64,000 bases of DNA from Candidatus Saccharimonadales bacterium (GCA_041737385.1 JBGSRU010000005.1:128-64127); one strand, 5' to 3'; counted from the stretch's first letter, positions 19,512-29,926 are shown. The notes: generated by a model not told the origin, from the letters alone. Program-made: numbers and translations.

Positions 19512-22500
19512 ATGCACATAAGACAGGGGTCTCGTCATGGTATACGAGGGTTACTTCAGGTCGTTAGGCCTGTATTTTTGATGCTGAAAAAGTTTTATTT
19601 TTCTCTATTATTTTTCGCGTGTTTTTACTTAGAGCTATATAGTGCGCGCTTATTCGCTCGTTTTGTTGTTTTGAGTGTCGCTCTGCTCCGCTTTCTTCAT
19701 AGTAAAACAGTGAGAAGGTTGGATGAACGACTTACTCGTCGCAGTAACCCATATCGAAAGTGGAGCAGTTGGCGGTTTTCACAGCCACTCCAGAAACTAA
19801 CACTTGGAGTATATAGTTTGCTAATTGGGACGCTGCTGTTCTCGCAGCTACAAACAATACTCGCGGCGCCTGATCTGCTCGATATCTGGAACTTCGCAAC
19901 CCCTGCTAACTACACAATAGATAACGGGTTGCAGACAAACGGTACAAGTCTAGAAATGAAACCGCAGAATTACGTAAGCGACGCAAATACAGCTGCACTA
20001 TTTCACTTTGATGAGTCATCTGGTGTCTCGGCTGTCGATAGCTCGAGTAACGGCAATAACGGTACGATCAACAATAGTTCGTTTGTTGGTGGTCAGTTAT
20101 TCAACGGGTTAGAGCTTAACAACACAAATGATTATGTGTCAGTACCCGATTCCACATCTATTTCACTCAACCAGCAGAACAGTTTAGAAGCTTGGACAAA
20201 ATTAAGCACTAGTTTTGATTCGACAAATCACGACAGACGGCAGTCAATTATAGACAAAGGTGATTATCAGCTCTATTATGACAACGAAACTGGAAAAATT
20301 ACTTATGAGTTAGCTAACGGATCGTCAAATACGTGGAATCAAGAAGCAGGGAATGGGGTACAGAATAGCTGGACAACTAGTAGTAGTAGAACGGTGACTT
20401 CAAGTGCGGCAATAGGGTCCAGTGTGTATGTTGGCCTAGGAAATCAAACAACTGACGCGGCAGTCTGGCGATGGGACGGAGGCGTATGGACTCGAATCGG
20501 TGGCGACGGACTCAATAATTCTTGGCAGTCACAGACATACGAAGATGTTTACTCGATGACGACCGACGGTACGAACCTGTATGTTGGACTTGGCGTCACT
20601 GCTGGAGACGGTGAAGTGTGGATGTGGAACGGTGCAACGTGGACCAAAATCGGCGGTGACGGTATAAATAACGGCTGGCAGGTGAGTACGTTTGAAACGA
20701 TCTGGGCGCTTGATTATTTTGGTGGAACTTTGTACGCGGGCCTTGGCTCTAGCGCAAACGACGGCGAAGTTTGGTCGTGGAATGGCACAACCTGGACCAA
20801 AATCGGCGGCGATAGCCTAAACTCTGGCTGGACAACTAATTATGAAATAGCAGGAACACTTACAAATGATGGCACAAACCTGTATGCAGGCTTGGGGGTC
20901 AGTACGGGCGACGCTGAAATCTGGCGCTGGAACGGTACTGTGTGGACCAAAATCGGCGGCGACGGCCTAAATACCAGCTGGAATACTAGCTATGAAACAG
21001 TACGTACACTTAAGTACTTTTCCGGAACATTGTACGCTGGTCTCGGTGACAGTGCTGGAGACGCCGAAATCTGGACCTGGAACGGTACTGCTTGGTCACA
21101 AATCGGCGGCGACGGCTTAAGTGGAAGTTGGGCCACAAACTACGAAGGTGTTTATGCAATAGGAACTGACGGAACTAACATTTATGCCGGTCTTGGTACG
21201 GGTAATGGTGACGGCGAAGTATGGCGGTTAAGCGCAGGAGTGTGGTCACAAATCGGCGGCGACGGCTTAAGCGCTGGCTGGTCTACTAATGAGGGCGATG
21301 TAGTTCAGACGTTAGTAAATATTGGATCTACCGTGTATGCGGGAACGTACGATACTGGCGGCGGTGGCTATTTGTCTTCTTGGAATGGCACAACATGGAC
21401 AAGGCTAGGTGGCCAATATGTAAATAAAAGCTGGGGATTTTTCGGTCAAGGAACCGTGGAGGTTATGCAGGCGGCGGGTGAATACTTGTACGCTGGTATG
21501 GGCAATACGCTTGGGTCGGCCCAGGTGTGGCGATTTGATGGAGCAAACTGGGAGCTAGTGGGTGGACAAGGTGTAAACAGCAGTTGGAGCGAAAACACTT
21601 ATGAAACTATAACTAGTATGAGTTCCCATAATGGTAATTTGTACGCCGGCCTTGGTAACAGCGCGAATGACGGCGAAGTTTGGATGTGGAACGGCACAAA
21701 TTGGACCAAAATCGGTGGCGACAGCCTAAACTCTGGCTGGACCACAAACTTCGAAGAAGTGAATGCACTGGCTTCGTATAATGGTAATTTGTACGCCGGC
21801 CTTGGTAACAGCGCGAATGACGGCGAAGTTTGGATGTGGAACGGCACAAATTGGACCAAAATCGGTGGCGACAGCCTAAACTCTGGCTGGACCACAAACT
21901 ATGAACGAGTAAGCTCTCTAGGAGTATTTAATGGCCAGCTTGTAGCTGGTCTCGGTGCAAGTGCGGGAGACGCTGAGGTTTGGACCTGGAACGGTACTGT
22001 GTGGACCAAAATCGGTGGCGACAGCCTAAACTCTGGCTGGACCACAAACTATGAACAAGTTGAAGCGATAATTCCATACAATAATAGCTTGCTTGTAAGT
22101 TTAGGAAATACAGCCGGAGACGCTGAAGTCTGGTCCTGGAACGGTACAGTATGGACTAAAATAGGCGGCGATGATTTGAACGGTAGCTGGACAGATGGTA
22201 CATATGAAAGAGCCAGAACTCTAGCTGTGTATAACGGTGATGTTTACGCCGGTCTAGGCAGTTCTAGTGGTGACGGTGAGGTATGGAGATATCGAGATAA
22301 TTCGTGGACAAAGTTGGCGGGAAATAATGTAAATGGTTCCTGGTCAAACACGATAGAAGAAGTCGAGGCGTTTAGCGCTTATAAAGGCAAGCTCTATGCT
22401 GGTACGGGTAATACCGCAAATGCCGACGGGGCTGTTTGGAGCATCGGCAATAATGGGTTTTTGCAGTCAACTACTAGTAGTTTCGACACAAGCTGGAGAC

Positions 22501-25500
22501 ATATCGCTGCAACCTATGACGGTGTAACGATGAAATTGTTTGTGAACGGTGTCCAAGAATCAGCAACTTCTAAGTCCCTAACTTTGCCGGACAGTAATCG
22601 TCCGCTATTAATCGGGAATGGGTACGGAGGACGCGAATATGGTAAACCGTTGGCGAGCTTTGAAGGAATACTAGACGAAGTACGAATTAGTAACATTGCT
22701 CGCTCCAGCTTTATATCTAAGCCATATTCTCAGAGCCCCCAAGTGGTCTCGCCTACCACATCTGTGAGAAAAATCGGGGTTGAGCAGTGGGACTCATTTG
22801 TTGCGAACGAAACAGCAAATGGCGGCTCAATACGGTATCGTTTATCAAACAATGGCGGCGCTAGCTGGCAGTTCTGGAATGGCGCAAACTGGGTAGCGTC
22901 TAGTTCTCTAGCAGAGTCAAATCCTCAAGCTATCATTAGTGCAAATGTGGCAGAATTTCCTGTAACTTTTGATGGTTTCCTTTGGCAGGCAATTCTGCAG
23001 AGCGATGGAAACCAAAATGTAACCTTGAACAATCTTACTTTGCAGTCAACTTCTGATACAACCTCGCCGACAACTAATGCAGCAAATATTGTTGCCACCA
23101 AAACAAACGGGGGCAGTGCGCTGGCATCAAACGGCTGGACTAATAGTGGCTCTCCAAAATTCACTTGGGATCCAGGTATCGATAGCGGATCTGGAATTCT
23201 TGGCTACTGCGCTTATTTGGGGCTAGATAATTCAGCCGATCCCGTAACAACTGCAGGGTTGCTTGGAGTATCATCAGTAGCAACCGGCGGAAACTGTCAG
23301 TTTATTGTTTCTGGTGAACAGTTGGATACAGCGACGGCAGGGTACCTTTCCAGCCCACTTACGACTTCATCTGCGCCTTACTATTTGACGCTAAAAGCGA
23401 TAGATAAAGGCGGAAATATTTCAAGCACATCAGAACAATTTTTCTTCAGGTTCGATAATACGCCGCCAAGTAATCCTAGTTTTGTAAGCGCACCGTCTGG
23501 ATTCGTAAATGATAAAGCCGTAACCCTAACCTGGCCTACAGCTGGTGGTAGTGCCCCACAGGACGCCAACTCGGGACTTGCTGGACTGCAATATAACATC
23601 GCTAATACGGGATGGTATGGAGATATTCATAGTGGTACCGGCGATGCTTCAGATCTTTTGATAAACGACGGCAGTTATACGATGCAAGATCCACCTGATT
23701 TTACCAATTTAGTCGATGGTATTAACAATGTAACTTTCAGAACGTGGGATGTTGCTGGTAACGTGACAATAAACTATACGACTGCGACGATTAAGCTAAA
23801 CACTTCTGGGGCTCCGTCAGAACCGCAGAATCTGCAAGCATCACCGCCTACAAATGTTGTTAACGCTTTTAGTTATAGTTGGAATGCGCCGGCTTCGTTT
23901 ATTGGTGATAGCAATAATATTCAGTACTGCTATACGGTCAACACCATCCCGACTAGTGGTTCATGTACCTTTACTAGTGGTGGTGTTACGTCACTTGGAT
24001 CAGGTCCATATGCTACTCAACCGGGAGTGAACACGTTGTACGTTGTCGCTCGTGATGAGTCAAACAACATTAACTATGCGAGTTTTAGTTCAGTAAACTT
24101 TACTGCCAATACGCCATCACCAGGAATTCCACTGAACGTAGATATTGTCGATGTTTCGATTAAAGTCACGAATAACTGGCGTTTAGCTTTAACGTGGGAA
24201 GAGCCGACGAATACGGGTGCGGGCATAGCAAGTTACAAAATCTATCGCTCAACAGACAATACAAGCTTTTCTCAAATTGGTAGCAGCTCAAGCACCACTT
24301 ATATTGATGCTGGATTGTCCCAGCAACGCTACTATTACTACGTTATTGGTTGTGATAGTACTAATAATTGTGGTGCAGATTCTGCTCGTATTAACGAACT
24401 GCCAACTGGCAAATTCACCTCGCCAGCTAGTCTGACTGCAGATCCTGTCGTTACAAATGTCACCACTAAAAAAGCGCTAATAAGCTGGAGTACTGATAGG
24501 CCAAGTGATTCAAGAATCGCAATCGGTACGACAAGCGGTACGTATAGCTCAGCTGAAGTTGCGAACTCTGAGCAGCTCACCGCTCACAATATCCAACTCG
24601 ATAATCTGAGTGCGGCAACAACGTATTACTACGTTGCAAAATGGACTGATGAGGATGGAAATATTGGTGCTAGCCAAGAGTACACGTTTATTACTGCTCC
24701 GGCTCCAACAATTAAAGAAGTATCGGTGCTTAAAACTACACTTAACAACTCCCTGATTCAATTTACCTCACGTAACGCAGCAAAAGTCGATCTAGTTTAT
24801 GGCAAGTCAGAATCTTTCGGTGGTGTCGTCAGCGTCAATACGTCAATCGAAGAATCTACCTATAGTGTTGATCTCAACTTACTTGATGATGGTGCAAAAT
24901 ACCTATTTAAAATCGTATCGTACGACAGTGAAGGTAATAGTTATGATGGTAATATATTCTCGTTCTCAACACCTCCTCGTCCACGCATAAATAATCTCCG
25001 CTTCCAGCCAATTGACGGTGAGCCAACAAGTACCCAGAGCGTCACTTGGCAGACAAATGTCCCGTCAACTACCAGTATCACCTACGGTAAAATTGATACT
25101 ACTGGTACTGTTTCACAAGAGAATGTTCTGGTTACAAATCACGAAATAGTTATCAGGAATCTACAAGACGATAGCGACTATTTCTTGGTTGCACAAAGTC
25201 GTGACGGTGATGGTAATCTAGCTATCTCAGACAGACAAGTATTTAGAACTGCCTTGGATACGAGACCACCGAAAATTAGTGATATCGTCATAGAAACATC
25301 TATCAGAGGGACAGGTGCAGAGGCCAGAGGCCAAGTAATTGTATCGTGGCGAACTGATGAGCCAGCCACCAGTCAAGTCGCCTATAGCGAAGGAAGCAAC
25401 GCAGTGTCTTTCAACAATAGAACTTCTGAAGGCAGCGGACTCGGTACTGAACATATTGTTATCGTGTCTGACTTACCAACTTCGCGAGTTTATAGCATCC

Positions 25501-25628
25501 AACCTATTGCGAAAGATCGTTCTAGTAATGAGGGCAGTGGTGAAGTGCAGACAGCAATCATAGGAAGAGCATCTGACAGCGTACTCACTATAATATTGAC
25601 AACTTTGCAGAGAGTATTTGGGTTTTAA
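19512..25628 (+). CDS. giant surface protein: N-terminal TM, split LamG domain enclosing about 13 propeller-type repeats, then multiple FN3/Ig-like domains
   Basis: 2038-aa ORF. LamG_3 N-half ALFHFDESSG..DSSSNGNNGT..DYVSVPDS..LEAWTKL. About 13 repeats of the form YAGLG...GDxEVWxWNGxxWTKIGGDxLNxxW. LamG C-half SWRHIAATYDGVTMKLFVNG...GILDEVRISNIARS. FN3-like segments, e.g. ISWSTDRPSDSRIAIG..TTYYYV. Confidence 0.85.
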   Translation: MHIRQGSRHGIRGLLQVVRPVFLMLKKFYFSLLFFACFYLELYSARLFARFVVLSVALLRFLHSKTVRRLDERLTRRSNPYRKWSSWRFSQPLQKLTLGVYSLLIGTLLFSQLQTILAAPDLLDIWNFATPANYTIDNGLQTNGTSLEMKPQNYVSDANTAALFHFDESSGVSAVDSSSNGNNGTINNSSFVGGQLFNGLELNNTNDYVSVPDSTSISLNQQNSLEAWTKLSTSFDSTNHDRRQSIIDKGDYQLYYDNETGKITYELANGSSNTWNQEAGNGVQNSWTTSSSRTVTSSAAIGSSVYVGLGNQTTDAAVWRWDGGVWTRIGGDGLNNSWQSQTYEDVYSMTTDGTNLYVGLGVTAGDGEVWMWNGATWTKIGGDGINNGWQVSTFETIWALDYFGGTLYAGLGSSANDGEVWSWNGTTWTKIGGDSLNSGWTTNYEIAGTLTNDGTNLYAGLGVSTGDAEIWRWNGTVWTKIGGDGLNTSWNTSYETVRTLKYFSGTLYAGLGDSAGDAEIWTWNGTAWSQIGGDGLSGSWATNYEGVYAIGTDGTNIYAGLGTGNGDGEVWRLSAGVWSQIGGDGLSAGWSTNEGDVVQTLVNIGSTVYAGTYDTGGGGYLSSWNGTTWTRLGGQYVNKSWGFFGQGTVEVMQAAGEYLYAGMGNTLGSAQVWRFDGANWELVGGQGVNSSWSENTYETITSMSSHNGNLYAGLGNSANDGEVWMWNGTNWTKIGGDSLNSGWTTNFEEVNALASYNGNLYAGLGNSANDGEVWMWNGTNWTKIGGDSLNSGWTTNYERVSSLGVFNGQLVAGLGASAGDAEVWTWNGTVWTKIGGDSLNSGWTTNYEQVEAIIPYNNSLLVSLGNTAGDAEVWSWNGTVWTKIGGDDLNGSWTDGTYERARTLAVYNGDVYAGLGSSSGDGEVWRYRDNSWTKLAGNNVNGSWSNTIEEVEAFSAYKGKLYAGTGNTANADGAVWSIGNNGFLQSTTSSFDTSWRHIAATYDGVTMKLFVNGVQESATSKSLTLPDSNRPLLIGNGYGGREYGKPLASFEGILDEVRISNIARSSFISKPYSQSPQVVSPTTSVRKIGVEQWDSFVANETANGGSIRYRLSNNGGASWQFWNGANWVASSSLAESNPQAIISANVAEFPVTFDGFLWQAILQSDGNQNVTLNNLTLQSTSDTTSPTTNAANIVATKTNGGSALASNGWTNSGSPKFTWDPGIDSGSGILGYCAYLGLDNSADPVTTAGLLGVSSVATGGNCQFIVSGEQLDTATAGYLSSPLTTSSAPYYLTLKAIDKGGNISSTSEQFFFRFDNTPPSNPSFVSAPSGFVNDKAVTLTWPTAGGSAPQDANSGLAGLQYNIANTGWYGDIHSGTGDASDLLINDGSYTMQDPPDFTNLVDGINNVTFRTWDVAGNVTINYTTATIKLNTSGAPSEPQNLQASPPTNVVNAFSYSWNAPASFIGDSNNIQYCYTVNTIPTSGSCTFTSGGVTSLGSGPYATQPGVNTLYVVARDESNNINYASFSSVNFTANTPSPGIPLNVDIVDVSIKVTNNWRLALTWEEPTNTGAGIASYKIYRSTDNTSFSQIGSSSSTTYIDAGLSQQRYYYYVIGCDSTNNCGADSARINELPTGKFTSPASLTADPVVTNVTTKKALISWSTDRPSDSRIAIGTTSGTYSSAEVANSEQLTAHNIQLDNLSAATTYYYVAKWTDEDGNIGASQEYTFITAPAPTIKEVSVLKTTLNNSLIQFTSRNAAKVDLVYGKSESFGGVVSVNTSIEESTYSVDLNLLDDGAKYLFKIVSYDSEGNSYDGNIFSFSTPPRPRINNLRFQPIDGEPTSTQSVTWQTNVPSTTSITYGKIDTTGTVSQENVLVTNHEIVIRNLQDDSDYFLVAQSRDGDGNLAISDRQVFRTALDTRPPKISDIVIETSIRGTGAEARGQVIVSWRTDEPATSQVAYSEGSNAVSFNNRTSEGSGLGTEHIVIVSDLPTSRVYSIQPIAKDRSSNEGSGEVQTAIIGRASDSVLTIILTTLQRVFGF
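20364..22467 (+). repeat. in-frame array of about 13 repeats of about 47-50 codons each (blade-like)
   Basis: The W.WNG..W..IGGD motif recurs 13 times in the translation. Confidence 0.85.
21628..21900 (+). repeat. perfect 123-bp direct duplication with 150-bp period, inside the repeat array
   Basis: 21628-21750 is identical to 21778-21900 (ataatggtaatttgtacgccggccttggtaacagcgcgaatgacggcgaagtttggatgtggaacggcacaaattggaccaaaatcggtggcgacagcctaaactctggctggaccacaaact). The 3' about 50 bp recur again near 22003-22050. Confidence 0.95.
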
Positions 25629-25631
25629 CAT

Positions 25632-26417
25632 ATGAATAGTGTTTTAAAAATATCAAACGTTGCACAAGAGTTTTTATCAGGAGATGATGAACTACAAGTA
25701 TTGAACAACGTTAAGTTTGATATAAAAGAGCAAACCTTCACTATCATATTTGGTCAGTCTGGCAGTGGAAAATCTACTATGCTCAATATACTTTCTGGTT
25801 TACAAAGACCAACTAGTGGTACAGTAACATTCCAAGACCGAAAGCTGTATGAGCTATCCAAAGACGAGCTCGCTAGGTTTCGTGCTGAGAAAATTGGCAT
25901 CGTTTATCAGACAAATTATTGGGTAAAAAGTCTCAGTGTTTTAGAGAACGTTTCCTTGCCGTTATATTTCCTCGGCTATTCACGCGCAAAAGCAGAGCCA
26001 AAGGCCAGAAAAGCACTCGAGCAAGTGGGTATGTTGTCATATGCGAATCGCCAGCCATTTTTCCTTTCAGGCGGTGAGCAACAGCGTGTTGCTTTTGCTC
26101 GGGCAATTATCAATGATCCCGAGCTACTGATAGCAGATGAACCAACTGGGAATCTTGATACCAAAAACGGCGATAAAATAATAAATCTTTTACGTGAGTA
26201 TATAGCTGAGCGCAAAGGCACTGTCATTATGGTGACGCATAACATGGAGTACTTGCCTCTCGCTGATCATCTACTACACATCCAAGACGGTAAAGTGCAA
26301 GATCTGAAAGCTACCAGCTATCAGGCTATGACGAAAGAATTGATGAACGACATGAAGGGGCGTATAGATGCACTTGCGATGTCGACAAAACACTCGAAAC
26401 AAGGAAAGAATACGTAA
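25632..26417 (+). CDS. ABC transporter ATP-binding protein (MacB/LolD-like)
   Basis: GQSGSGKST Walker A, LSGGEQQRVAFARA signature, LLIADEPTGNLD Walker B. Starts 4 nt after the giant gene's stop. Confidence 0.9.
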   Translation: MNSVLKISNVAQEFLSGDDELQVLNNVKFDIKEQTFTIIFGQSGSGKSTMLNILSGLQRPTSGTVTFQDRKLYELSKDELARFRAEKIGIVYQTNYWVKSLSVLENVSLPLYFLGYSRAKAEPKARKALEQVGMLSYANRQPFFLSGGEQQRVAFARAIINDPELLIADEPTGNLDTKNGDKIINLLREYIAERKGTVIMVTHNMEYLPLADHLLHIQDGKVQDLKATSYQAMTKELMNDMKGRIDALAMSTKHSKQGKNT

Positions 26418-27637
26418 TGGCGCTTTTTAATTCTATGACGAAAAGAAGAACGATAAGCCTAACAATGTTGCTCTATATTGCACGCCAGAATTTGCTGTCT
26501 AAAAAGTTGCGTACGAGCCTTACGCTTAGCGGTGTCATCATTGGTATCGGCGCAATATTTTTTCTATTATCTTTTGGGCTTGGTTTGCAGAAAATTGTCA
26601 CTGATGAAATAGTTGGCAACCAATCAATTAAATCAATAGATGTTAGTAGCCCAAACTCAGCATTGTTGCTACTTAATCAAGATTCACTTAATAAGTTTGT
26701 AGAACTTCCAAATGTCGACGCTGCTGGTGGATCATTTTTGCTTCCAGGTGTGGTCCAAGTTAAAGGGAGTGAAGTAGACGCAGTTACTTACGGAGTTGAT
26801 CAACAATACCAATCAATTAGTAATTTTACAGCTTCAATTGGTCGTCTGTTGCTTGATGAAGATAACCGGCAAGTGGTGGTTAACACTTCCTTACTTGAAA
26901 CTATTGGGCTTAGTAATGACGAGTTTGTACTAGGCACGATTCTCACTCTGCAAATTCCGTTTAAAACCGCACTTGGCCCACAGGAAATAGATGAGGAATT
27001 TGAGATTGTCGGTATCATTAACTCTGGAGCAGGTAGTGAAGTGCTTATACCGGCACACGTTTTGCAAGCAGCTGGAGCAGATACATTTTCTCAAGTGAAA
27101 ATTATCGTAAACAATAATGATAATGTGGGGGGCATACGCTCACAAGTTGAAGCACTTGGGTTTGAAACAGTCTCTCCAATAGATACTATTGAACAGATCA
27201 ACCAAATATTCCGCTACTTTAACATTATACTCGGAGGATTTGGAGCAATTGGCATGATTGTTGCGATACTTGGTATGTTTAACACGCTGACCATTTCATT
27301 ATTAGAACGAACGAAAGAAATTGGTTTGATGATAGCGCTTGGTGCAAAAAGTCGAGATATGAAACAGCTGTTTGTTCTAGAAGCTTTAATTTTGTCTATT
27401 TCTGGAGCAGTAATTGGTATTATTTTGGCATTAATTACTGGGGGAGTGTTTAACACACTTACAAATCAATATGCAAAAGCCAGAGGTGTTACAGATTCGT
27501 TTAACTTATTTTCAACACCTTGGTGGCTTACGACTGGAGTGATTGTTTTTATGGCATCAATAGGGCTGTTAGTGGTGTATTTTCCAGCACGCAGAGCGGA
27601 GCATATTAGCCCTATTGAAGCTTTGCGCCGTGAATAA
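26417..27637 (+). CDS. ABC transporter permease, FtsX/MacB type
   Basis: N-terminal TM, a large extracytoplasmic domain, and a C-terminal FtsX-like three-TM bundle (ERTKEIGLMIALGA). Overlaps the ATPase stop. Confidence 0.85.
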   Translation: MALFNSMTKRRTISLTMLLYIARQNLLSKKLRTSLTLSGVIIGIGAIFFLLSFGLGLQKIVTDEIVGNQSIKSIDVSSPNSALLLLNQDSLNKFVELPNVDAAGGSFLLPGVVQVKGSEVDAVTYGVDQQYQSISNFTASIGRLLLDEDNRQVVVNTSLLETIGLSNDEFVLGTILTLQIPFKTALGPQEIDEEFEIVGIINSGAGSEVLIPAHVLQAAGADTFSQVKIIVNNNDNVGGIRSQVEALGFETVSPIDTIEQINQIFRYFNIILGGFGAIGMIVAILGMFNTLTISLLERTKEIGLMIALGAKSRDMKQLFVLEALILSISGAVIGIILALITGGVFNTLTNQYAKARGVTDSFNLFSTPWWLTTGVIVFMASIGLLVVYFPARRAEHISPIEALRRE

Positions 27638-27679
27638 GTTTTATAGCTAAAATAATCACGAGAAGCTACACTAACAGCT

Positions 27680-28408
27680 ATGAACCGTATTCCTGCATCA
27701 GTATTGCGTAGACGTCGGACAGTTATTATTGGTTTGTTGAGTCTTCTTTTGTTGCTTATTGGTACTAGCCCGGGCAGTATATCGAAGCAGAAATCTGTTG
27801 ATGATCCGCAGTCCGCTGTTCTGTCCGACTCTATTAATACAGAACAAGCGGTAGATGCTCTTGATGAACTGGAGGTGAAAGGTCGCGCGTCTAAAGCTGG
27901 TTATGCGCGCGACGAGTTTGGTTCGGGCTGGGCATCGATTGATGGTTGTGACACACGAAATATTATTCTTAAAGACATGATGAGTGAAGTTGTTTTATCT
28001 GATGATAGCTGTATCGTTTTGAGGGGCACACTGCAAGATCTATATACCGGAGAAGTTATAGATTTTGTCCGTGGCAGTACAACTAGCGATAAAGTGCAGA
28101 TTGACCATGTTGTGGCGCTCAGTGATTCATGGCAAAAGGGTGCTCAGCAGTTAGACTTCTCTGAACGGGTGGTGCTAGCCAACGATCCGCTTAATCTTCT
28201 GGCAGTCGATGGACCAGCTAATCAGCAGAAAGGCGATAGTGATGCAGCCAGTTGGCTACCACCCAATAAAGCCTATCGTTGCCGTTACGTCGCTCGGCAA
28301 ATTTCGGTAAAGCGAAAGTATAGGTTGTGGATAACTGACGCAGAAAAGTCTGCAATGAAACGAGTATTAAACGGGTGCGGAGAACAGGTGTTGCCGGTTG
28401 AAACGTAA
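27680..28408 (+). CDS. secreted/anchored DUF1524-type HNH nuclease
   Basis: Signal/anchor RRRRTVIIGLLSLLLLLIG. Nuclease motif QIDHVVALSDSW...NLLAVDGPANQQKGDSDAASWLP. Confidence 0.7.
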   Translation: MNRIPASVLRRRRTVIIGLLSLLLLLIGTSPGSISKQKSVDDPQSAVLSDSINTEQAVDALDELEVKGRASKAGYARDEFGSGWASIDGCDTRNIILKDMMSEVVLSDDSCIVLRGTLQDLYTGEVIDFVRGSTTSDKVQIDHVVALSDSWQKGAQQLDFSERVVLANDPLNLLAVDGPANQQKGDSDAASWLPPNKAYRCRYVARQISVKRKYRLWITDAEKSAMKRVLNGCGEQVLPVET

Positions 28409-29834
28409 GATTCATATATCATGGCTGGTCGCTAGCTTAAGCGTAGGGTTACTATTGGGTGTATTTGGTGCGCTCTACACCACAAACTTTTCTGGCAACG
28501 AGTGGGCGGTCTTGTCGATGTGCATTGGAACAATTGGGGTTATGAGGCGTGATCCTAGTGCCGTTGTGCTAGTTTTAGTTGCCGGACTGTTACTCGGGCT
28601 TTGGAGAGGAGGCAACGAAATTAACGCACAAAAGGGCTACGTAGAATTTTACGGCAGCACTGTAGTACTGCAAGGCATAGTCAGAGAGGATCCTAGTTAT
28701 GATGTTGATGGTGACTTGCGAATGCGTCTCAAAGAGGTTGTTGTTGACGGAAAGAACACTCCGGGTGATGTGTGGGTTTCACTGCGAGAGCGGGTGGTTA
28801 TTAAGAGATCAGACAGCATTATCGTTGAAGGGCAGCTATCAAAAGGCTTTGGTACTATTCCAGCAGCTTTGTATCGCGCTCGTGTGCAAAAAATCGAAAG
28901 ACAAGCGTTCTCGGACGTCGGTCGGGAGACACGTGATGAGTTTGCAGAAGGTATTCGTGAAGGCGTACAAGAACCAGAAGCGTCGCTTGGAAGTGGGTTT
29001 TTGCTTGGCCAAAAAACCGCACTACCAGAAAAATTAGACCAAGAATTGAGGCTACTTGGGTTGACGCATATTGTCGTAGCAAGTGGCTATAACCTCAGTA
29101 TTTTGGTGCGATTTGCACGTCGTTTGTTTGCAAAAGTTTCTCGTTTTACTGCGCTGTCTCTATCAGGTCTTCTGGTGTTTGGGTTCGCAAATATTACTGG
29201 GTTTAGCCCTAGCATGAGTCGCGCTGCATTAATTACTTCTCTCAGCTTGCTAGCTTGGTACTTTGGTCGTAAATTTCACCCGCTTGTGCTGTTGCCATTT
29301 TCGGCTGCAATAACGGTATATATTACTCCTTCATACGCGTGGGGAGATATTGGATGGCTGCTTTCTTTTATGTCATTTATTGGAGTCATTATGCTATCTC
29401 CGCTTATTCATAGTTACTTTTGGGGTGATAAGAAAGCAGGTAATATACGTCAGGTTTTCATCGAAACCATGTCAGCACAACTACTCACTCTTCCCATTAT
29501 TGCTTTTGTATTTGGTCAATATTCGCCTCTCGCTTTACTAGCGAACCTTCTGATATTGCCACTGATTCCTATCGCAATGTTACTAACATTTATAGCAGGG
29601 ATCTGTGGATTATTGTTACCCTCAGCTGCATCTATGGTGGGCTGGCCCGCAGAAGTAGTCATGAGATACATGACTTCGGTTGTTGATATTCTTGCTCAGC
29701 AGCCATCTGCAACGAGTGAGGTGAAGTTTAGCATAACTAGTGTTTTGATTTTTTATGTTGTTCTTGTCGGAGCTATGGTTTACCTATGGCGTCGGACTCA
29801 TTATGAGTTTAGAGACTACAACATCATAGAGTAG
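28398..29834 (+). CDS. comEC: ComEC/Rec2 DNA internalisation channel, short form (DUF4131 plus competence domain, no metallo-beta-lactamase domain)
   Basis: LGLTHIVVASGYNLSIL and multiple TM segments. The 478 aa end without an HxHxDH motif. The TTG start overlaps the nuclease gene by 11 nt. Confidence 0.8.
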   Translation: MKRKIHISWLVASLSVGLLLGVFGALYTTNFSGNEWAVLSMCIGTIGVMRRDPSAVVLVLVAGLLLGLWRGGNEINAQKGYVEFYGSTVVLQGIVREDPSYDVDGDLRMRLKEVVVDGKNTPGDVWVSLRERVVIKRSDSIIVEGQLSKGFGTIPAALYRARVQKIERQAFSDVGRETRDEFAEGIREGVQEPEASLGSGFLLGQKTALPEKLDQELRLLGLTHIVVASGYNLSILVRFARRLFAKVSRFTALSLSGLLVFGFANITGFSPSMSRAALITSLSLLAWYFGRKFHPLVLLPFSAAITVYITPSYAWGDIGWLLSFMSFIGVIMLSPLIHSYFWGDKKAGNIRQVFIETMSAQLLTLPIIAFVFGQYSPLALLANLLILPLIPIAMLLTFIAGICGLLLPSAASMVGWPAEVVMRYMTSVVDILAQQPSATSEVKFSITSVLIFYVVLVGAMVYLWRRTHYEFRDYNIIE

Positions 29835-29897
29835 TCTAATTTGTAATTATTGTAAAATATGTTCTGCAAAGGTCAGACCTCCGCAGAGGAAATTAAT

Positions 29898-29926
29898 TTG
29901 ACATAATGTTGCATCAGAGAGATACT
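29898..29926 (+). promoter_or_regulatory. candidate promoter TTGACA-17-GATACT
   Basis: ttgacataatgttgcatcagagagatact, 25 nt upstream of the GTG at 29951. Confidence 0.35.

Noticed and set aside
21599-21897. Periodic 150-bp repeats, with two antisense track ORFs, considered as a possible CRISPR or non-coding array.
   Set aside because: The repeats are in frame within the 2038-aa CDS and encode the propeller-like blade motif. No unique spacers were seen.
15722-22467. Diversity-generating retroelement (Avd-like four-helix-bundle gene plus a repeat-rich target protein).
   Set aside because: No reverse transcriptase ORF is present. The near-identical repeats are perfect copies rather than template/variable pairs with adenine-specific differences. 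The Avd-like gene is 3.4 kb away in a different operon.
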